The translations under genes and the position numbers were made by a program. Shown in pieces: positions 59,532 to 64,000 of a stretch of 64,000 nucleotides of DNA (position 1 is its first letter; each line of letters starts with the position of its first letter). The notes beneath the pieces were generated by a model, which searched no databases, had not been told where the DNA came from, and worked only from the letters and a program-made list of their open reading frames with translations. Source of the stretch: a bacterium (GTDB lineage: Bacteria; Patescibacteriota; Minisyncoccia; UBA6257; UBA9933); contig JAUYBE010000006.1 of the NCBI GenBank assembly GCA_030693235.1, positions 139,601-203,600 on the forward strand, given 5' to 3'.

Positions 59532-61301
59532 TGGTTGCTTTCTAAGGCGGACGTTTTGCGGAGTGATTTCCAAATATTCGTCATCCGCCATAACTTCAAG
59601 GCCGCGTTCAATCGTAAGCGTGAAAGGCGGCGTAAGTTCTATGGCTTCGTCATTGCGCGAAGAACGCGTATTTGTAAGTTGTTTGCCTTTTATCGGATTC
59701 ACTTTCATTTCTTCTCCTTTGGAAGTGTTGCCGATAACCATTCCTTCGTACACTTCGGCGCCGGGACCGATATAAAGCGCGCCGCGTTCTTGCAAATTCC
59801 AAAGCGCGTAGCCCAAAGCTTTGCCGGCCGACATTGAAATCATTGAACCGGTCGGTTTTTTGTTAATATCTCCGGCATAAGACCTAAATTCGATGAAGCG
59901 GGACGAAAGAATCCCTTCACCTTTAGTGTCTATGACAAATTGGTTCCGATACCCGAGAAGTCCCCGCGTCGGACCTTCGAACGAAAGTCGCATAGTCGCG
60001 TCGCGTTGAAACATATTTTTTAAAACAAAGCCGCGGTTGCTAAGACGCTCAATCACCACGCCTTGATATTCTTTCGGAATGTCCGCGAGCGCTTCTTCAA
60101 ACGGTTCGTGTTTTGCTCCGTCTATTTCGCGAATAATGACTTGCGGCTGGGAAACCTGAAGTTCATATCCCGCCCGCCGCATATTTTCAAGCAAAATAGC
60201 GATATGAAGTTCGCCGCGTCCGGAAACGCGGAAATTGTCCGGTGATGAAAAATCAACTTTTAACCCGACATTTACTTCAAGTTCGCGTTCAAGATATTCG
60301 CGCAATTGTCTTGAAGTCACGTATTTCCCCTCGCGTCCGGCGAACGGAGAATTATTCACCAAAAAATTAAGGCAAATTGTCGCTTCGTCAATCGCGATCG
60401 CCGGCAACGATTCAGCATTGGAATCAGTTGTCACGGTTTCACCGATATCGATATTGGGAAGACCGGCAATAAGAATAATATCGCCAGCCACCGCTTCACT
60501 CGCTTCTATTCTTTCCAAGCCGTTAAAAGTGAAAATCTTCGCGATTTTACCTGAACGAATTTCTTTATTTTGTTTTTTTATAAAAACATTCGCGCCTGCC
60601 GTCGCGACGCCTTCATATACGCGTCCTATCGCGAGACGCCCCATAAAATTATCGTATGCTAAATTAAACGGTTGAAATCGTAAAGGTTTTTGCGAAAGCG
60701 CTTCGGAAGACGAAGACGGTATGTGATTAAGAATCGTATCAAGAAGGGGAGTGAGGTCTTTTGATTCATCGGTAAGTTTGAGTTTCGCGATGCCTTCGCG
60801 ACCTATTGAATAAACAACGGGGAAATTCGCCTGCTCGTCGCCCGCGCCAAGTTCAAGAAAAAGTTCAAGCGTTTGTTCTTCCGTCAACGCCGGATCGGCG
60901 GCCGGCTTGTCGATTTTATTGATTACCACAATCGGCTTAAGGCCGAGTTCGAGAGATTTTTTTAACACGAAACGGGTTTGCGGCATCGGACCTTCTTGAC
61001 TGTCCACCACCAAAAGCACAGAATCGATGGAGCGCAAAACGCGTTCCACTTCCGAACCGAAATCGGCGTGGCCCGGCGTGTCCACGATGTTAATTTTAGT
61101 CACGGCTCGTCCCGAATCAGCCGAAGGATAAAAAACAGCCGCGTTTTTTGAATAAATCGTAATACCGCGCTCAAGTTCAAGCGCGTTGGAATCCATAGAA
61201 ACGCCCTCCTTAGCAACGCCCGTCTGGCGCAAAAGCGCGTCGGTCAAAGCAGTTTTGCCATGGTCAACGTGAGCGATTATAGCGATATTTCTGATTTCCA
61301 T
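59520..61301 (-). CDS. typA: Translational GTPase TypA/BipA
   Basis: RNIAIIAHVDHGKT, DTPGHADF..EVER, GRGELH, RGLLG.R, EITP. Confidence 0.97.
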   Translation of the reverse strand: MEIRNIAIIAHVDHGKTALTDALLRQTGVAKEGVSMDSNALELERGITIYSKNAAVFYPSADSGRAVTKINIVDTPGHADFGSEVERVLRSIDSVLLVVDSQEGPMPQTRFVLKKSLELGLKPIVVINKIDKPAADPALTEEQTLELFLELGAGDEQANFPVVYSIGREGIAKLKLTDESKDLTPLLDTILNHIPSSSSEALSQKPLRFQPFNLAYDNFMGRLAIGRVYEGVATAGANVFIKKQNKEIRSGKIAKIFTFNGLERIEASEAVAGDIILIAGLPNIDIGETVTTDSNAESLPAIAIDEATICLNFLVNNSPFAGREGKYVTSRQLREYLERELEVNVGLKVDFSSPDNFRVSGRGELHIAILLENMRRAGYELQVSQPQVIIREIDGAKHEPFEEALADIPKEYQGVVIERLSNRGFVLKNMFQRDATMRLSFEGPTRGLLGYRNQFVIDTKGEGILSSRFIEFRSYAGDINKKPTGSMISMSAGKALGYALWNLQERGALYIGPGAEVYEGMVIGNTSKGEEMKVNPIKGKQLTNTRSSRNDEAIELTPPFTLTIERGLEVMADDEYLEITPQNVRLRKQPLAR

Positions 61302-61317
61302 ATGATTTTATAATTTT

Positions 61318-61343
61318 GTCATTGCGAGCGAAGCGAAGCAATC
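61318..61343. repeat. Half REP/RPE-like element (family C)
   Basis: GTCATTGCGAGCGAAGCGAAGCAATC. Confidence 0.75.
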
Positions 61344-61417
61344 CCTATAAAAAATAGGCCTGCTTGGCCAAGAAACTTAAAATAAAAGTTTATAATATTA
61401 AAGGTTTTTAGTCAATA

Positions 61418-61537
61418 TTAGTGGCCGTAGAATCCGCGGCCTTTTTTGTCTGGAATTGTATAAAGGGTTATGCCGTTATTTTGGCAAAATTCAACCACTT
61501 CTATTTCGCAATCTTCAAGGTCGTCATGCTTTGTTCT
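61418..61537 (-). pseudogene. Probable C-terminal relic of PurH (AICAR transformylase/IMP cyclohydrolase)
   Basis: Stop-to-stop frame with no ATG: ...EVVEFCQNNGITLYTIPDKKGRGFYGH*, resembling the PurH C-terminus; directly after purM. Confidence 0.5.
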
Positions 61538-61545
61538 TTAATCTA

Positions 61546-62652
61546 CTATCGTACGCCGAGCGAGAAACCCTCAAATACAATATTTTTCGGTTTTATAATA
61601 ACCTTTTTGTCGTTCGATGATTTTGTAATATTTCCAGCTATCCAAGCTTTAAGATTATTATTTTTGGCTATCAACACAACTTTTTCCGCATCTTTTTCCG
61701 GAACATAGATCGCAAAACCGGCACCCATATTAAAATTACCATACATCTCTTTATCATCAGCTTGGCTATGTTGTTGTATGAACTCAAAAACCGGATGAGA
61801 CACTAGTATATTTTCTATAGTATAAATAAATGGTTTTGTGGCTCGCATAAGTTTTCTCCAACCATGCCCGGTGATATTTACCGTGTAATGGATATTAATT
61901 TCATTATTTAAGCAATCTTCAATTAATGGCACGTAAATAATAGTCTGATCAAGAAGCGTTTCTCCGTAAGTCCGGCCATCCTCAAGCTTTGTTAAATAGC
62001 CATCCGGAAGATTTTCCGCAATTTTTCTCGCAAGAGTTAAGCCATTAGCATGAATGCCAGAACTTTCAATCAAAACAATAACATCTCCATCTTGAATATC
62101 AGCAGTAATAATTCTTTCTTTTGGTTGGATTATACCAACCGCCGATCCGCTTATAACCGCAGTTTCAGGATAAACTATATCTTTTAAGGTCGGTGTTTCG
62201 CCGCCGCCCCATACGCATTTAGATAAATTACAGGCGTGCTCCCATCCATCTATTAAATCTTTTGATAATTTTTCATTATTGAACCAATTTGAATTTCCCA
62301 CGGCAAGATGCATAGCCACTGATATTGGCAACGCGCCCAAAGTAATAAGATCATTAACAATCGCAGCAACTGCATCCTGTGCGATGTTTTTATAAAAAGA
62401 TTTTCCGGTAAGCTTATACATTTTGTCGGCAACAATATTTTTTGTTCCCAATCCTTCTTCCACGTGAGCAATATAACTATTTGGCGTTTCAATAAGATAA
62501 ACGCTTTCTCCTCGGCTCATCGGCAATTCTTTAAAATTAAAACGTTCTATATTTTTAGAGGTATTTTGAGCTGCTTTTTGAGCAAATCTTTTAAACGGAT
62601 CCATTGAGTTGTAATCAACGCCCGAACCGGAATAAGTCAACTTGTTATCCAT
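61546..62652 (-). CDS. purM: Phosphoribosylaminoimidazole synthetase
   Basis: LTY..SGVD, GLGTK, GGET, SSG.HANG.TLAR, NITGHG, FNMG.G; start at 62652. Confidence 0.92.
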   Translation of the reverse strand: MDNKLTYSGSGVDYNSMDPFKRFAQKAAQNTSKNIERFNFKELPMSRGESVYLIETPNSYIAHVEEGLGTKNIVADKMYKLTGKSFYKNIAQDAVAAIVNDLITLGALPISVAMHLAVGNSNWFNNEKLSKDLIDGWEHACNLSKCVWGGGETPTLKDIVYPETAVISGSAVGIIQPKERIITADIQDGDVIVLIESSGIHANGLTLARKIAENLPDGYLTKLEDGRTYGETLLDQTIIYVPLIEDCLNNEINIHYTVNITGHGWRKLMRATKPFIYTIENILVSHPVFEFIQQHSQADDKEMYGNFNMGAGFAIYVPEKDAEKVVLIAKNNNLKAWIAGNITKSSNDKKVIIKPKNIVFEGFSLGVR

Positions 62653-62679
62653 ATAACGATAATATAACATATATAATAT

Positions 62680-64000
62680 ATGGCGCAAAGAATTGACATA
62701 GCGTATAAAATCGACGATGCGAGGGGCAATGCTAAGAAGGGAAATTTTGAGGCACTTGGTATTTCGGGAAATATAAAGGACGTAAGAATAGTCGATTCTT
62801 ATACTATTAATGAAAGTTTTTCTAAACAGCAGCTTTGCAAAATAGCCGGCGCGCTTTCTAATCCGCTTATTGAAGAATTTTCCATTAATAAGTCTTGGGC
62901 TCCCAAACATTTTGATTGGGTTGTTGAAACTGGGTATTTGCCCGGCGTCACCGACAATGTCGGCGCGACGGCTCGTGAAACGATAAAAGATTTATTAAAG
63001 AAAAAATTCGGCAAAAATACAGGAGTCTATTTTTCCCAATCTTTATTTATTTCCGGGAAAATTTCTCAAAAAGACATTGAAATTATTGCCAATAGTCTTT
63101 ACAACCCGCTTATTCAAAGAGCGCAAATAAAAAATTTTGCCCGGTTTAAAAAAGATCGCGGTATGACCGTAATGGTGCCAAAAGTAAAATTACAACAAAA
63201 GCCATCTGTCGATTATGTGAACGTAAACGTTAGCGATGAAGAGTTAAAAACAATCGGAGAAAAAGGGATTAAAAATTCCGACGGAACGCGAAGGGGGCCG
63301 CTTGCCATGGATCTTGAATACATGAAAGTTATTCAAGCTTATTTTAATAAATTGGGCCGTCAGCCGACAGACGTTGAATTAGAATCTATAGCTCAGACAT
63401 GGTCGGAACATTGTAAGCACACGATTTTCGCCAATCCAATTGATGATATTCCGGACGGATTATTTAATTATTACATTAAAAGGGCAACTGATTTAATTCG
63501 TAAAAGAAGGGGCAAAAAGGACATTTGCGTATCTGTTTTTAAAGACAATTCCGGCGCCATAAATTTTGACGATGATTATTTAATTACCCACAAAGTTGAA
63601 ACACATAATAGTCCCTCTGCCCTTGATCCGTTCGGAGGGGCAATAACCGGCATTGTAGGAGTAAATAGAGATGCCATCGGATTTGGTATGGGCGCTAAAC
63701 CAATAATCAATACATACGGATTTTGCTTCGGCGAACTAAATGATAAAAGGCCTCTTTATAGAGACGCTGCTAAGACTAATAAAATGCTATTGCCAAAGCG
63801 GATTATGGAAGGGGTTATTTCCGGTGTTAACGTGGGTGGAAATTGTTCCGGCATACCAACTTCTCTTGGTTTTTTATTTTTTGACCAGACGTATCGCGGG
63901 AAGCCGCTTGTTTTTGTAGGCACTGCCGGCCTTATTCCTAAAAAATCGCATAATAAGTCTCTGTATGAAAAACGTGCTTTGCCTGGCGATCTTATAGTTA
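62680..64000 (+). CDS. purL: Phosphoribosylformylglycinamidine synthase PurL (partial, runs off window)
   Basis: ATG 62680; LPGVTDNVG, PTDVELE.IAQTWSEHCKH, KVETHNSPSALDPFGGA. Confidence 0.93.
   Translation, partial: MAQRIDIAYKIDDARGNAKKGNFEALGISGNIKDVRIVDSYTINESFSKQQLCKIAGALSNPLIEEFSINKSWAPKHFDWVVETGYLPGVTDNVGATARETIKDLLKKKFGKNTGVYFSQSLFISGKISQKDIEIIANSLYNPLIQRAQIKNFARFKKDRGMTVMVPKVKLQQKPSVDYVNVNVSDEELKTIGEKGIKNSDGTRRGPLAMDLEYMKVIQAYFNKLGRQPTDVELESIAQTWSEHCKHTIFANPIDDIPDGLFNYYIKRATDLIRKRRGKKDICVSVFKDNSGAINFDDDYLITHKVETHNSPSALDPFGGAITGIVGVNRDAIGFGMGAKPIINTYGFCFGELNDKRPLYRDAAKTNKMLLPKRIMEGVISGVNVGGNCSGIPTSLGFLFFDQTYRGKPLVFVGTAGLIPKKSHNKSLYEKRALPGDLIV

Noticed and set aside
1-64000. Alternative genetic code (UGA=Gly) or rRNA/intron content
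   Set aside because: TGA terminates several conserved genes, RF2 is present, and no rRNA or group I/II intron signatures were seen.

Overview
AT-rich core-genome segment of a Patescibacteria/CPR bacterium, most likely Parcubacteria (inference from no rpmD/L30 in the spc block, compact L13/LysS/DnaX, a VirD4/HerA-like ATPase, two GT39 genes and few Shine-Dalgarno sites; TGA is a stop codon). It carries a rearranged ribosomal super-operon (rpsL-rpsG-fusA, rplM-rpsI, proS-mreB-rpmF-nusB, rpsD-rpoA-rplQ, tuf-rpsJ, then S10/spc through secY-adk-map), greA-lysS-serS, cell-envelope and division genes (ftsQ-like, ftsEX, scpAB, dac, mraY, ftsW, murG), frameshifted prfB, GTPases (ychF, obgE, typA), purM/purL and three tRNAs (Pro-GGG, Thr-CGU, Gln-UUG). 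The main unexplained signal is a pervasive repeat grammar: about four tandem 7-9-mers, a short loop, then about four near-complementary units. These elements fill stop-to-start spacers in the sense orientation. The best family is (TTTTAGG)4-loop-(CCTAACA)4 with 7 copies. Half-elements of the same kind are also inserted in frame inside essential proteins. Other notable items: an HTH+LAGLIDADG-like gene whose stop codon lies inside tRNA-Gln, a probable attenuator/pseudoknot and a candidate sRNA between rpsJ and rplC, a structured rpsD leader, a serine-recombinase relic beside tRNA-Pro, a purH relic, and leaderless/bidirectional promoters. All functional calls come from motif recognition by eye; no searches were run.
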